From an uncultured Spirochaetota bacterium (GTDB taxonomy: Bacteria > Spirochaetota > Spirochaetia > SZUA-6 > Fen-1364), in assembly GCA_963734545.1 (NCBI GenBank), contig CAVTHO010000005.1:544001-608000 (forward strand): a stretch of DNA of 64,000 bases, in the 5' to 3' direction. Below, piece after piece: positions 31,484-41,160 of the stretch (its first letter is position 1; the number at the start of each line of letters is the position of its first letter). The notes under the pieces were generated by a model, which searched no databases, was not told where the DNA came from, and saw only the letters and a list, made by a program, of their open reading frames with translations. Both the position numbers and the translations under genes were made by a program.

Positions 31484-32494
31484 TCAGGTCCTTCGGACGT
31501 TTTTCCGCACGTCTATGGTGACCGCGACCACGATAATGATGGCGCGCGCGACCTGCTGGAAATCCGCTGAAACGTTCAGGATATCCAGGCCGTTTTTCAT
31601 GACGCCGATTATGAGCGCGCCGATGAGCGTTCCCCCGGCGCTTCCCAACCCTCCTGCAAGGCTGGTGCCCCCGATGACGGATGCGGCGATGGCATCCAGC
31701 TCGTAACCCAGGCCCAGGCCCGGCTGGCCCGAACCGATGCGCGCGGTGAGAACGATGGCAGCCACCGCCGCGAGGAATCCCGCGAACGTATAGACCAGGA
31801 TGAGGTAGCGGTCGGTCTTTATTCCCGACACCACCGCGGCCTGGAGGTTGCTTCCCAGGGCATAGGTGTACCTCCCCCACAATGTGTGCTGGAGGATGAC
31901 GTACGTAATTGCCACGCAGACCAGGAGGATGATCGCCGGATTCGGTATGCCGAGGATCGAGCCCTGTCCGATGACCTGGAAGGCATCGATCAGGCTGCCG
32001 CGCGGCCGTCCCTGGGAATAGATAAAAGCCCATCCCCGGGCGAACGTCATCATGCCCAGCGTTGCAATGAAGGGCGGGATCTTGAGCTTGGAAATCATGG
32101 CGCCATTGAGGAATCCGATTGCGAGCCCGAGCCCGAGCCCGATCAACAGTACAATGCCGACCGGCCAGGGGCTCCCGCCCTTGAAGAGACGGTCCATGGC
32201 GTCCGCGCTCTGAAGCAGGCTTGCCACCGCCACCGATACGATGGCAACAATGGCGCCCGAGGAGAGATCGATCCCGGCCGTGATGATGCACATCGTAACG
32301 CCCAGGGCGATGATCCCGATCACGCTGATCTGCCGCAGGACATTCAGCAGGTTGTTGATCCGCAGGGACACCCCGCCGGAGAGGATGGCGATGATGATGA
32401 TGAGCCCGACAAGGATCAGCAGGATGCTGTACTTGCTCATGAACGCCAGGACCGGGGATTCCCTTCTGGTCGAGACCTTTTCGGCTTCAATCAC
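31484..32494 (-). CDS. Sugar (inositol) ABC permease
   Basis: GIDLSSG, IPPFIATLGMM, YELDAIAASVIGGTSL; GTG start after GGAGG. Confidence 0.92.
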   Translation of the reverse strand: MIEAEKVSTRRESPVLAFMSKYSILLILVGLIIIIAILSGGVSLRINNLLNVLRQISVIGIIALGVTMCIITAGIDLSSGAIVAIVSVAVASLLQSADAMDRLFKGGSPWPVGIVLLIGLGLGLAIGFLNGAMISKLKIPPFIATLGMMTFARGWAFIYSQGRPRGSLIDAFQVIGQGSILGIPNPAIILLVCVAITYVILQHTLWGRYTYALGSNLQAAVVSGIKTDRYLILVYTFAGFLAAVAAIVLTARIGSGQPGLGLGYELDAIAASVIGGTSLAGGLGSAGGTLIGALIIGVMKNGLDILNVSADFQQVARAIIIVVAVTIDVRKNVRRT

Positions 32495-32515
32495 GGCTGT
32501 CCTCCAGGGCACGCG

Positions 32516-34036
32516 TTAGTAGTAGTGAACTTCCTTGAACGTGCTGAGCGGCTCGCCCGTGGCCATGTGCAGGATCTTCTCCTGCGTCGCCTCGGCGCGG
32601 CCGATCTCCCCGACTTTCCGTCCCTCGTGCATCACCATGATCCGGTCCGACATGGCGAGAATCTCCGGCATCTCGGAGGAGATCAGGATGATCGCCTTGC
32701 CTTCCTTCGCAAGGCTGGACATGATCTTGTAGATCTCGCTCTTCGTGGCCACGTCGATCCCGCGCGTGGGCTCGTCCATGATCAGCAGGGCGGGGACCGT
32801 GGCGAGCCACCGCGAGACGAGGACCTTCTGCTGGTTGCCTCCGCTGAGGAACATGACGAGCTGCTCGAGGTTGGGAGTCTTGATCCGCAGGGAGCCCACC
32901 GCGTCGTTGCAGAGCTTGCGCAGCGCGCGGTGGTTGATGAAGAGCGCGTTCAGGTTGTTGCGCAGGCTCGGCATGATGATGTTGTCCCGCACCGACAGGT
33001 TCAGGTACAGACCGCTCCTTTTCCTGTCTTCCGTAAGGAAGGCGATCCCGTGCCTGATGGCGTCGTAGGGGCTTTCGATCTTCACGCTCTTTCCGCGGAC
33101 TTTTACCACGCCCGCCTGCTTCGGCGTGACGCCGAAGAGCGCCTCCATCACCTCGGTTCTTCCGGCCCCGATAAGACCCGCAACGCCGAAGATCTCCCCT
33201 TCCCGGACGGAGAAGCTGATATCCCTGAAATAGCCGTGGCGCGTCAGACCCTCCACCTCGAGAACAGGCGCACCAAAGGTCGCATTCTCCTTCTGGAAGA
33301 ACTGGTCGATCGTGCGGCCCACCATCATCTTGATCAGCTTCTCACGGGTCAGGTTGACGCTGTCCTCGCGGCCGACGAACTCGCCGTCCCGGTACACGCT
33401 CACCTCGTCAGTGATCGCAAAGACTTCATCCATCTTGTGGGTGATGTAGATCACGGCGACCCCGCGTTCCTTCAGGCTCTTGATGATGGAGAACAGGTGC
33501 GCTACCTCCTGCTCCGTGAGCGCAGAGGTGGGTTCGTCCATGATGATCAGATCTGCCTTGCGCGAGACCGCCTCCGCGATTTCCACGAGCTGCATCTGGG
33601 CCACGCTCAGCTTGCCCATGATCTGGCGCGGCGTGAGGTTGATGCGAAGCTCCTTGAGCATCTCCGCTGCCGCCGTGTCGATGGCCCGGTGGTCGATGAG
33701 GCCCAGCCTGTTCTTCATTTCCCGGCCGAGAAAGATGTTCTGCGCCACGGTCATGTAGGGAAGCGGGCTCATCTCCTGATGGATCATGGAGATGCCCTGT
33801 GTGAGCGCTTCGTGCACGTTTTCGAAACTGACCTTGTTGCCCCTGAGGGTGATGGATCCCGCATCGGGCCGGTACAGCCCGATTGCGATTTTCATGAGGG
33901 TGGACTTCCCGGCGCCGTTCTCACCCATGACCCCATGCACGGTCCCCGGGCGCACGGAGAGCCCGACACCCCTCAAGGCATGGACGCCGGGAAAGCTCTT
34001 GTGGATGCCCTGCATTTCCAGGATAAACTCACTCAC
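32516..34036 (-). CDS. Sugar (inositol) ABC ATP-binding protein, two domains
   Basis: GENGAGKST, MDEPTSAL, LSGGNQQK, DEPTRGID. Confidence 0.95.
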   Translation of the reverse strand: MSEFILEMQGIHKSFPGVHALRGVGLSVRPGTVHGVMGENGAGKSTLMKIAIGLYRPDAGSITLRGNKVSFENVHEALTQGISMIHQEMSPLPYMTVAQNIFLGREMKNRLGLIDHRAIDTAAAEMLKELRINLTPRQIMGKLSVAQMQLVEIAEAVSRKADLIIMDEPTSALTEQEVAHLFSIIKSLKERGVAVIYITHKMDEVFAITDEVSVYRDGEFVGREDSVNLTREKLIKMMVGRTIDQFFQKENATFGAPVLEVEGLTRHGYFRDISFSVREGEIFGVAGLIGAGRTEVMEALFGVTPKQAGVVKVRGKSVKIESPYDAIRHGIAFLTEDRKRSGLYLNLSVRDNIIMPSLRNNLNALFINHRALRKLCNDAVGSLRIKTPNLEQLVMFLSGGNQQKVLVSRWLATVPALLIMDEPTRGIDVATKSEIYKIMSSLAKEGKAIILISSEMPEILAMSDRIMVMHEGRKVGEIGRAEATQEKILHMATGEPLSTFKEVHYY

Positions 34037-34078
34037 GGTCCCATCCGCTCCCTGGTGGCCCCACGCGGGGGAAGTGCG

Positions 34079-34101
34079 GGGCCGGGCGGCTTGCCCGGCC
34101 C
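34079..34101 (-). other. Intercistronic stem-loop after the SBP gene
   Basis: GGGCCGGGC-GGCTT-GCCCGGCCC. Confidence 0.55.
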
Positions 34102-34116
34102 TGCGGCGATCATAGC

Positions 34117-35037
34117 TTACTTCATGTACTTCTTGTAGTTGTCGAAGCTGACCGGCTCGAACGGAATTGCCGTGAATACCGGCACGCTCTGCTTGTTGAG
34201 CAGCTTGAGAGCGGTCTGCACGGCGCCCCTGCCCTGGGCCCCGCCGTTCTGGAACACGGTCATGTCCAGCCTCTTGTCGGCAATGTACTTCAAGGCATCC
34301 GAGGTTGCGTCAACCCCGGTCACGATCACCTTGTTCTTCATCTTTTTCTCTTCCAGCACGATCACGGCGCCGATGGCCATCTCGTCGTTGTTGGCGATGA
34401 TCGCATCGATTTTTTCGCCGCTGGCCAGCCAGTTCTCGACCACCGTGACCGCCTGAGCTCTGCCGAAGTCCGCCGTCTGCTCGCGGACGACCTTCATGCC
34501 TGGGTACTTGGCGATGACATCCTTGCTGCCCTGGGTCCGCCCGATCTGCGGGGCGGATCCCATCGAACCCATCAGGATGGCGACGTTGCCCTTTCCGCCG
34601 AGCTTCTTTGCCACGAATTCGGCTTCGAGGTTCCCTGCCACCACTTCGGGAGATGCGACGGCGACGACCTTGCCCGCGGAAAGCGCGGCGTCCTCAGGCT
34701 TGCGGTTGAAATAGACGAGCGGGATCTTGGCATCGAGGCAGAGCTTCGTGATCCGTGGGGCGATGGTCTGGTCGATGACGTGGATGAGAATCGCATCCAC
34801 GCCCTGCGTGATGAAGTTCTCGACCTGCTTGATCTGCTCGTTCGGATCACGTTTGCCGTCCGCGGCGATGATGTCGATGTTGCTCTTCTTCGCCTCGTCG
34901 GTGAGCTGGTCGAGCGCGTAGCGCATGAACACGTCGTTGAAATCCTCGATGGTCACACCCATCTTGAGCTTGCCGGCGGAGAACACCGTCGGCGCGATCA
35001 TGAGCGCGACCATGGCAATGAGAAGAAACTTCCTCAT
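34117..35037 (-). CDS. Inositol-type sugar ABC solute-binding protein
   Basis: QVENFITQGVDA, PLVYFNRKP, ANNDEMAIGA, TVFQN; iol context. Confidence 0.9.
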   Translation of the reverse strand: MRKFLLIAMVALMIAPTVFSAGKLKMGVTIEDFNDVFMRYALDQLTDEAKKSNIDIIAADGKRDPNEQIKQVENFITQGVDAILIHVIDQTIAPRITKLCLDAKIPLVYFNRKPEDAALSAGKVVAVASPEVVAGNLEAEFVAKKLGGKGNVAILMGSMGSAPQIGRTQGSKDVIAKYPGMKVVREQTADFGRAQAVTVVENWLASGEKIDAIIANNDEMAIGAVIVLEEKKMKNKVIVTGVDATSDALKYIADKRLDMTVFQNGGAQGRGAVQTALKLLNKQSVPVFTAIPFEPVSFDNYKKYMK

Positions 35038-35071
35038 ACGGACCTCCTCTGAGAGATATTAGGCGCTTGCA

Positions 35072-35087
35072 ATGCAAACGCTTGCAT
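35072..35087. promoter_or_regulatory. LacI-family operator upstream of the ABC operon
   Basis: ATGCAAACGCTTGCAT palindrome with central CG; TTGACA on the minus strand at 35152-35157. Confidence 0.75.
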
Positions 35088-35168
35088 ACGAAGGGAAAAA
35101 AATAGAAAAACCCTCATTCCAACCTCCGAATTTCGCTCCCCATCAAACGGTTGTCAAGTGGATTCTCC

Positions 35169-36257
35169 TCACTTGTCAGGATCCGGGATCATCTGGTCCC
35201 GGATGAGCGCCACGAGATCGTCGACAGCCTTGCTGAACTGCCGCAACGTCCTGCGTGTTGCCCCGAATCCGTCGAACTCCTCCGTCGTCATGCCTGTCTC
35301 CGAGTATGCGCGTCGAAAATCCTCGAACTTCCGCTCCAGCTCTTCCAGGATCCGCCCGTCCACCGGGGTGTCCATTCGTGATTCCACCGTCACGTCGGAA
35401 GCATTGAACCTGTTCTGCCATTCGAACGGGGGGGAAATCACGACGTCACCGCCTATGAACTCACTCCAGTGCAGGTGATTGCGGAATGCGGCGGACAGGA
35501 GGCGCAGCCGGTAGCCTCGTTTCCTGTAGAGCTGATACGCCTTCTTCATCACCGCGACTCCTGCCCAGTCGAATACACGCGGGTCCGCGATGATGCCCTG
35601 CTTTTCCGCCGTCACCCTCAGCCAGTCATCGAGGCGCCCCACCATGAGCGTGCAGACCGGCCCCATCCTGCTGATGTCCTTCTTCTCTTTCTCCCGCTGG
35701 GACAGGCCGCGTTCAACCGCTTCCGCCACGGCGATTGCCTGGGGGAGGGTGAAGCTCACCGTCGCGTTGATGCTGATGCCGCGGCGCGTGGCCTCCTCGA
35801 TGGCCTCCATGCCCGCGCGCGTGGCAGGGATCTTCACGATCATGTTGGGCGCCAGGGCGTCGAAACGGACTGCCTGCTCCACGATGCCGCGCGCGTCGCG
35901 GTAGAGACAGGGGTCGGTCTGGATGGACAGCCGGCCGTTCTTCCCGTTTTCCCTGTCGGAGACCGGCTTCAGGAGCTCGGCGGCCTTGACCGACATCTCC
36001 TCCACCACGCGCCAGGCCACCTGGTCGTCCGCCGCGGCGGGCATTTCCCGAATGATCTGGGCGATCCGGTCCTTCCAGAGGCCCCACTCCTTCTTCAACA
36101 CGGTGAGCACGATCACCGGGTTGCAGGTGGCCCCCGCCGCCCCGTTCACCTCGATGGACGTCCCGAGCTCCTGCAGTGAGCAGGAGTCATTCCACAGCAC
36201 GCTCGGGGTGGTCCGGGTCATTTCGCGCAGCCGGCTCTCCGTCTTTTCAGCTTTCAT
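35169..36257 (-). CDS. Transaldolase/FSA-family class I aldolase
   Basis: WNDS, GATCNP, Schiff-base VKIPAT, INATVSF, MVGRLDD, AAFRN. Confidence 0.88.
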   Translation of the reverse strand: MKAEKTESRLREMTRTTPSVLWNDSCSLQELGTSIEVNGAAGATCNPVIVLTVLKKEWGLWKDRIAQIIREMPAAADDQVAWRVVEEMSVKAAELLKPVSDRENGKNGRLSIQTDPCLYRDARGIVEQAVRFDALAPNMIVKIPATRAGMEAIEEATRRGISINATVSFTLPQAIAVAEAVERGLSQREKEKKDISRMGPVCTLMVGRLDDWLRVTAEKQGIIADPRVFDWAGVAVMKKAYQLYRKRGYRLRLLSAAFRNHLHWSEFIGGDVVISPPFEWQNRFNASDVTVESRMDTPVDGRILEELERKFEDFRRAYSETGMTTEEFDGFGATRRTLRQFSKAVDDLVALIRDQMIPDPDK

Positions 36258-36266
36258 GTCATCCCC

Positions 36267-37160
36267 TCACAATCCCGTCTTTTCCCGAATGAAGCTGCGC
36301 GCTTTCAGCGCATACTCGAAAGGGTTGGCCCGCGCGGGATCCTGCTCGGCCTCCACCACGTACCAACCGCTGTAGCCGCTCGCCTCCAGGCCGCGGAATA
36401 CCGGCTCGAACCTGATCCCTCCGTCTCCGGGCACGGTGAAGACCCCTGCCTGCACGGCCTGAAGGAAGCTCATGCGCTCGCTTTTCACGCGCGCCAGCAC
36501 CTCCGGGCGGACGTCCTTGAGGTGCACGTGGCGGATGCGTGCCGCGTGCCGATTCAGGACAGCCGTGCAGTCTTCACCGGAAAAGGCGAGGTGACCCGTG
36601 TCGTACAACAGGGACAGCCGGGCGGGATCCGTCATGTCCATCAGGCGGTCGATCTCCGCGGCGGTCTGCACGCCCGTCCCCATGTGATGATGGTAGGTGA
36701 GCGTGATGCCCTTCTCCCGGGCCCGTGCGCCCAGGGCGTTCAGCCCTTCGGCGAGGCGTTTCCATTCCTCGTCGGTGAATTGCGGCTTCTCCTCGAAGAT
36801 GGGAGCATCCTGCTTGCCCTGAATCGAGTGTCCCTGTTCCGCTGCCCCGATGATCCGCGCGCCCACGGCGAAGAGGAAATCGCGGTGCGCGACAAAAGCC
36901 TTCTCCACTTCCTCGTAGGGCCGGGTCGTGAGGAACGAGCTGAACCACGCATTGCAGATCGTGAGGCCGCGAAGGTCCAGGTATCTTTTCAGCACCTGCG
37001 GGTCACGGGGGTACTTGTTTCCCACCTCGCTGCCCTCGTAGCCCGCCAGAGCCATCTCGGAAATGCACTGTTCGAAGGTATTGCCCCCCCCGAGCTCCGG
37101 GAGGTCGTCGTTGGTCCAGGCAATCGGCGCGATGCCCAGGCGCACCCTTTTCTCTTTCAT
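36267..37160 (-). CDS. iolE: Myo-inosose-2 dehydratase
   Basis: [39 protein letters not shown]. Confidence 0.95.
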   Translation of the reverse strand: MKEKRVRLGIAPIAWTNDDLPELGGGNTFEQCISEMALAGYEGSEVGNKYPRDPQVLKRYLDLRGLTICNAWFSSFLTTRPYEEVEKAFVAHRDFLFAVGARIIGAAEQGHSIQGKQDAPIFEEKPQFTDEEWKRLAEGLNALGARAREKGITLTYHHHMGTGVQTAAEIDRLMDMTDPARLSLLYDTGHLAFSGEDCTAVLNRHAARIRHVHLKDVRPEVLARVKSERMSFLQAVQAGVFTVPGDGGIRFEPVFRGLEASGYSGWYVVEAEQDPARANPFEYALKARSFIREKTGL

Positions 37161-37169
37161 TCCTTCCTC

Positions 37170-39035
37170 CTAGAACTTCCGCGCCGATTCGACTTCCCGG
37201 GTGATCTTCCTGGCCGCCGCCTCCACCTTCGGGTTTTCCGAAACCTGCGCGGTCCCCACGCGCCACCAGGATTCGTAGTCATGCGTCATGGATTTCGGGG
37301 TCACCTTCGCGTCGATCACCGTGGAGAGGGTGCCGGCAAGCGCGCTCTTCACCGCGGCGCGGAACTGGTCCATGGTCGTGACGGAATGCCCGCGCGCCCC
37401 GTAGCTCTCGCCGTTCTTGGCGAAGTCCAGGCTGATCAGGGGGCCGGTCAATCTGCCCGTGCCGGGGTCGCGCCGGCGAAGGTCGTTGCCGAACTTCGTG
37501 ATTCCCTGGCTGGTCTGCAGGTTGTCGATGCATTGGTAGCCCGCGTTGTCGAAGACCACGATGGTGATCTTGATGCCCTCCTGGATTGCAGTGAGCAGCT
37601 CCGAGTGCAGCATCACGTAAGAGCCGTCCCCCACGAGCGCAAAGACCTCGCGGTGGGGCTCCGCCATTTTGGCGCCGACTGCCGCCGCGATCTCGTAGCC
37701 CATGCAGGAGAACCCGTATTCCATGTGGTAGGAGCCCGGGACCCGCGCGCGCCACACCCGCTGCAGGTCTCCGGGGATGCTTCCCGAGGCGCCGACGACA
37801 ATGGCATCACGGGGCAGGAGCTTCTCATTGAGCTCGCCCAGGAGACGGACCTGGGAGAGTCCTGCGGGGTCCTCTTCCGTGTACAGGCGGTCTTCCTCTT
37901 TCCTCCACTCGGCGCGCGCCAGCCTTATTTCATCAGCCCAGCCGGATTTCCAGCCCGCCCCACGAAGCGCGGCGGTGAGCGCCTTCAACGTCTCACGCGC
38001 GTCCGCACGCACCGCGAGGGCGTTCATCTTTGCCGCATCGAAGGAGTTCACGTTGATGCCGAGGACCGCGGCGCGAGGATTGCGGAAGAGGTTGCGCGAG
38101 CCGGAAGTGAAGTCCCCCAGCCGCGTGCCCACCGCGATGACGAGGTCAGCGTCATGGGCAATCCTGTTGGCAGCCAGGCCGCCGGTGACCCCGATGCCGC
38201 CAAGGTTGAGCGGATCATCCCAGGGAAGAACGCCCTTGCCCGCCTGTGTTTCGCCGACGGGGATCCCGAATGCCGCGCAGAACTCCGCCAGCGCCTGTGC
38301 CGCCTCCGAGTAGCGGGCGCCGCCGCCGCAGATCAGGATCGGACGCGCGCGGGACCGTATCAAAGCAACGGCCCGTTCGATCTCCCCCGCGGTCGGCGCG
38401 CGTCTCTCCACGTGATGCACCCGCTTTTCGAGGAACTCTTCCGGATACTCGTATGGCTCTCCCTGCACGTCTTGAGGAAGGGCAAGGGTCACCGCGCCCG
38501 TCTCCGCCGGGTCCGTCAGCACGCGCATGGCATTGATGCAGGCGGCCATGAGCTGCTCGGGACGGTTGATCCTGTCCCAGTAGCGGCTGACCGCGCGGAA
38601 TGCGTCGTTTGCCGTCGCCGTGTAGTCGTCCCAGCGCTCCACCTGCTGCAGCACGGGATCGGGCTGCCGGCAGGCAAAAACGTCTCCCGGAAGCAGAAGG
38701 ACGGGGATGCGGTTCACCGAGGCCACGCCTGCCGCCGTGACCATGTTCAGTGCGCCCGGGCCTATCGAGCTCGTCACGGCAAGGATCTGCCTCCGGTTGA
38801 GCTGCTTCGCGTAGCCCACCGCCATGTGGGCCGCGCCCTGTTCGTTGTGGCCCTGGAAGTACGTGAGGCCGTGCTTTCCCTCGGCAAGCGCCTCGCCGAG
38901 CCCGACCACGTTTCCGTGGCCGAAGATGCCGCACACGCCCCGCACGAACTTGATCTCCACGCCGTCGAACTCTGCGTACTGCGCGTCCAGGAACTGCAGG
39001 AGAGCCTGCGCCATTGTCAGCCGGACTGTCTTCAT
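37170..39035 (-). CDS. iolD: 3D-(3,5/4)-trihydroxycyclohexane-1,2-dione acylhydrolase
   Basis: RLTMAQAL, GIFGHGNVVGLG, PDPVLQQVE, YHMEYGFSCMGYE, ThDP motif GDGSY. Confidence 0.96.
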   Translation of the reverse strand: MKTVRLTMAQALLQFLDAQYAEFDGVEIKFVRGVCGIFGHGNVVGLGEALAEGKHGLTYFQGHNEQGAAHMAVGYAKQLNRRQILAVTSSIGPGALNMVTAAGVASVNRIPVLLLPGDVFACRQPDPVLQQVERWDDYTATANDAFRAVSRYWDRINRPEQLMAACINAMRVLTDPAETGAVTLALPQDVQGEPYEYPEEFLEKRVHHVERRAPTAGEIERAVALIRSRARPILICGGGARYSEAAQALAEFCAAFGIPVGETQAGKGVLPWDDPLNLGGIGVTGGLAANRIAHDADLVIAVGTRLGDFTSGSRNLFRNPRAAVLGINVNSFDAAKMNALAVRADARETLKALTAALRGAGWKSGWADEIRLARAEWRKEEDRLYTEEDPAGLSQVRLLGELNEKLLPRDAIVVGASGSIPGDLQRVWRARVPGSYHMEYGFSCMGYEIAAAVGAKMAEPHREVFALVGDGSYVMLHSELLTAIQEGIKITIVVFDNAGYQCIDNLQTSQGITKFGNDLRRRDPGTGRLTGPLISLDFAKNGESYGARGHSVTTMDQFRAAVKSALAGTLSTVIDAKVTPKSMTHDYESWWRVGTAQVSENPKVEAAARKITREVESARKF

Positions 39036-40039
39036 ACGTCCACCTCCGCGATTTTGACCGCGCGGCCTTCCGCGAGCGACTTCTTCGCGGCAAATCCCAT
39101 CAGGAGCGGCTTCAAGCCGTCGATGTCGCCGACAGGGCTCGGTTTCCCGTCGATCACGGTGTCGAAGAACGCGTTCATCTCGTCGACAAAGGCCTGGCGG
39201 TAGCGCTCGAGGAAGAAGTACAGCGGCTTGTCGGACGCCACGCCCGCCTCGTTGGAGAGAGTGACGGAGGAAGGGGTGTCGTTCCCGCAGGCCAGGGCCC
39301 CCTTGGAGCCGAATACTTCGACCCGCTGATCGTAGCCGTAGGTGGCCCTGCGGGAGTTGTCGATGACGCCGATGCAGCCGTTCTGGAAAGCGAGGGTCAC
39401 GACGGCCGTGTCGACGTCTCCCGCCTTTCCGATGGCCGGGTCCACGAGCACGGCCCCCCGGGCGTACACCTCGACGGCGTCGGAGCCCGAGAGATAGCGG
39501 GCCATGTCGAAATCGTGGATGGTCATGTCCAGGAAGATGCCGCCGGAGACCTTCACGTACTCGGGAGGCGGAGGGGCGGGATCGCGCGAGGTGATGCGGA
39601 CAATGTGCGGATCGCCGACGACCCCCTGCCGGACCTGGTCCCTGATCCGCCTGAAATTGTGATCGAACCTGCGATTGAAGCCCACCTGCAGCGTCACGTG
39701 CGCCTTTTGGGCGGCGGCCAGGGCCTTCTTCACCTTGGCCACGGTGAGGTCCACCGGCTTCTCGCAGAAGATGTGCTTCCCCTTTTCCGCCGCGGCCATC
39801 ACGATGTCGGCGTGCGTGTCGGTCGAGCTGCAGATGAGCACCGCGCCGATCTCGGGATCCGCGAGCACGTCGCGGAAATCCGCGCTCACCTGCCTTATAC
39901 CCAGTCCCGAGGCCCAGTCACGCACCTTGTCCGCCGCGACATCGGCGATCCGCGCGATGGTGACCCGTGGAATACTGTGCGCGATGTTTTCCGCGTGGAT
40001 CCTTCCGATTCTCCCCGCTCCGATCAGCCCCACCTTCAT
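39032..40039 (-). CDS. iolG: Inositol 2-dehydrogenase
   Basis: GAGRIG, CEKPVD, GFNRRFD, SGGIFLDMTIHDFD, YGYDQRVEVFG. Confidence 0.93.
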   Translation of the reverse strand: MKVGLIGAGRIGRIHAENIAHSIPRVTIARIADVAADKVRDWASGLGIRQVSADFRDVLADPEIGAVLICSSTDTHADIVMAAAEKGKHIFCEKPVDLTVAKVKKALAAAQKAHVTLQVGFNRRFDHNFRRIRDQVRQGVVGDPHIVRITSRDPAPPPPEYVKVSGGIFLDMTIHDFDMARYLSGSDAVEVYARGAVLVDPAIGKAGDVDTAVVTLAFQNGCIGVIDNSRRATYGYDQRVEVFGSKGALACGNDTPSSVTLSNEAGVASDKPLYFFLERYRQAFVDEMNAFFDTVIDGKPSPVGDIDGLKPLLMGFAAKKSLAEGRAVKIAEVDV

Positions 40040-40048
40040 ACGTCCCTC

Positions 40049-41063
40049 CTACAACCGGATGATCTGTTCTTCCCGGAATGACCGGGTCGCGGCGAACGCG
40101 AGCTTCGTGGCCATGGTGCCGTCATGCACGCCCGCCTGCGGCGCGCGGGTTTCCCGAATACAGTCGACGAACTCCTGGACCTCGGCGAGGTAAGCGGACT
40201 CGAAGCGTTCCAGGAAGCTCTGCGAGCACTCGCGGACCACGCCGCGCGCGTCCAGCAGCTCGACAAAGTCCCTCTGCGGCACGCTGGCGATCCTGAGCGA
40301 GGCCTTTGTGCCGATGATCTCCGTCTCCACCGCGTATCCGTGCGCCGCCGTCCTCCCGGCCAGGAAGAAGGCCATGGCACCGTTGTCAAAGCGCACCAGG
40401 GCGGCGAGGTTGTCACCGTCGCCGTACGCGGCGAACTCCGGGTGCGCATAGCAGCCGCCCGTGGCGTAGACGGTTTGCGCCTCTCCGCCGAGCATCCAGC
40501 GCGCCAGGTCGATGTCGTGCACGGACATGTCGAGGAATTGTCCGCCCGAGGACGGCGCGAATCGTATGGCGCCCTCGATGGCGGACTCCGGATCGACCGA
40601 GTAGCCGCGAAAGAGGATCGGCCGGCCGATGTATCCCTCGTCGATCAGTTTCTTCGCGCGGCGGTAGGAAGGATCGAACCGGCGCATGAAGCCGAGCATG
40701 AAGGTCCTGTCCGGGTGACGCGCAACCGCGCTTTCCGCCTGGACGCACTCTTCCAGGGTCACGCCAAGAGGCTTTTCGCAGAAGACGTGAAGACCCGCCT
40801 CCAGCGCCTGCTCGATCTGCCCGGCAGTGGACCGCGGAGCTCGAAGCGATAAGAACCGCGTCCAGCTCCTCGTCCTCCCGCATGCGCGCGAAATCCGCAT
40901 ACCCGCGCGGCACCGCCCACTCGCGCCGGGCTCTCTCCACGCGCTCCGTCTCGAGCGCGCACACGGCACTCAGCTCCGCACCGTTGACGCGGAAAGCGAT
41001 GTTCTCCGCATGCCGCATCCCGAGTCTTCCCAGGCCGACCACACCGATGCGCACCTTCTGCAA
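40049..41063 (-). CDS. Second Gfo/Idh/MocA inositol-isomer dehydrogenase, apparent +1 frameshift near 40820
   Basis: TTG start with RBS; GLGRLG N-terminus in one frame, CEKPLG/GFMRRFD/DMSVHDID in the next. Confidence 0.85.
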
Positions 41064-41160
41064 CGCCGCTCCTCCTTGCGCGGTCTATCCCGCACCGCCC
41101 GAAGGGCGGTTTCCACGCGCGGGCCCTACTGTCTTTTGCTTGCCATCGCCCTTCACGCTC

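Noticed and set aside
36522-39203. 893-aa ORF antisense to iolD/iolE, and similar long shadow ORFs (31886..34138, 41176..43104, 48269..50179)
   Set aside because: Opposite-strand ORFs are expected with high-GC codon bias; no recognisable motifs.
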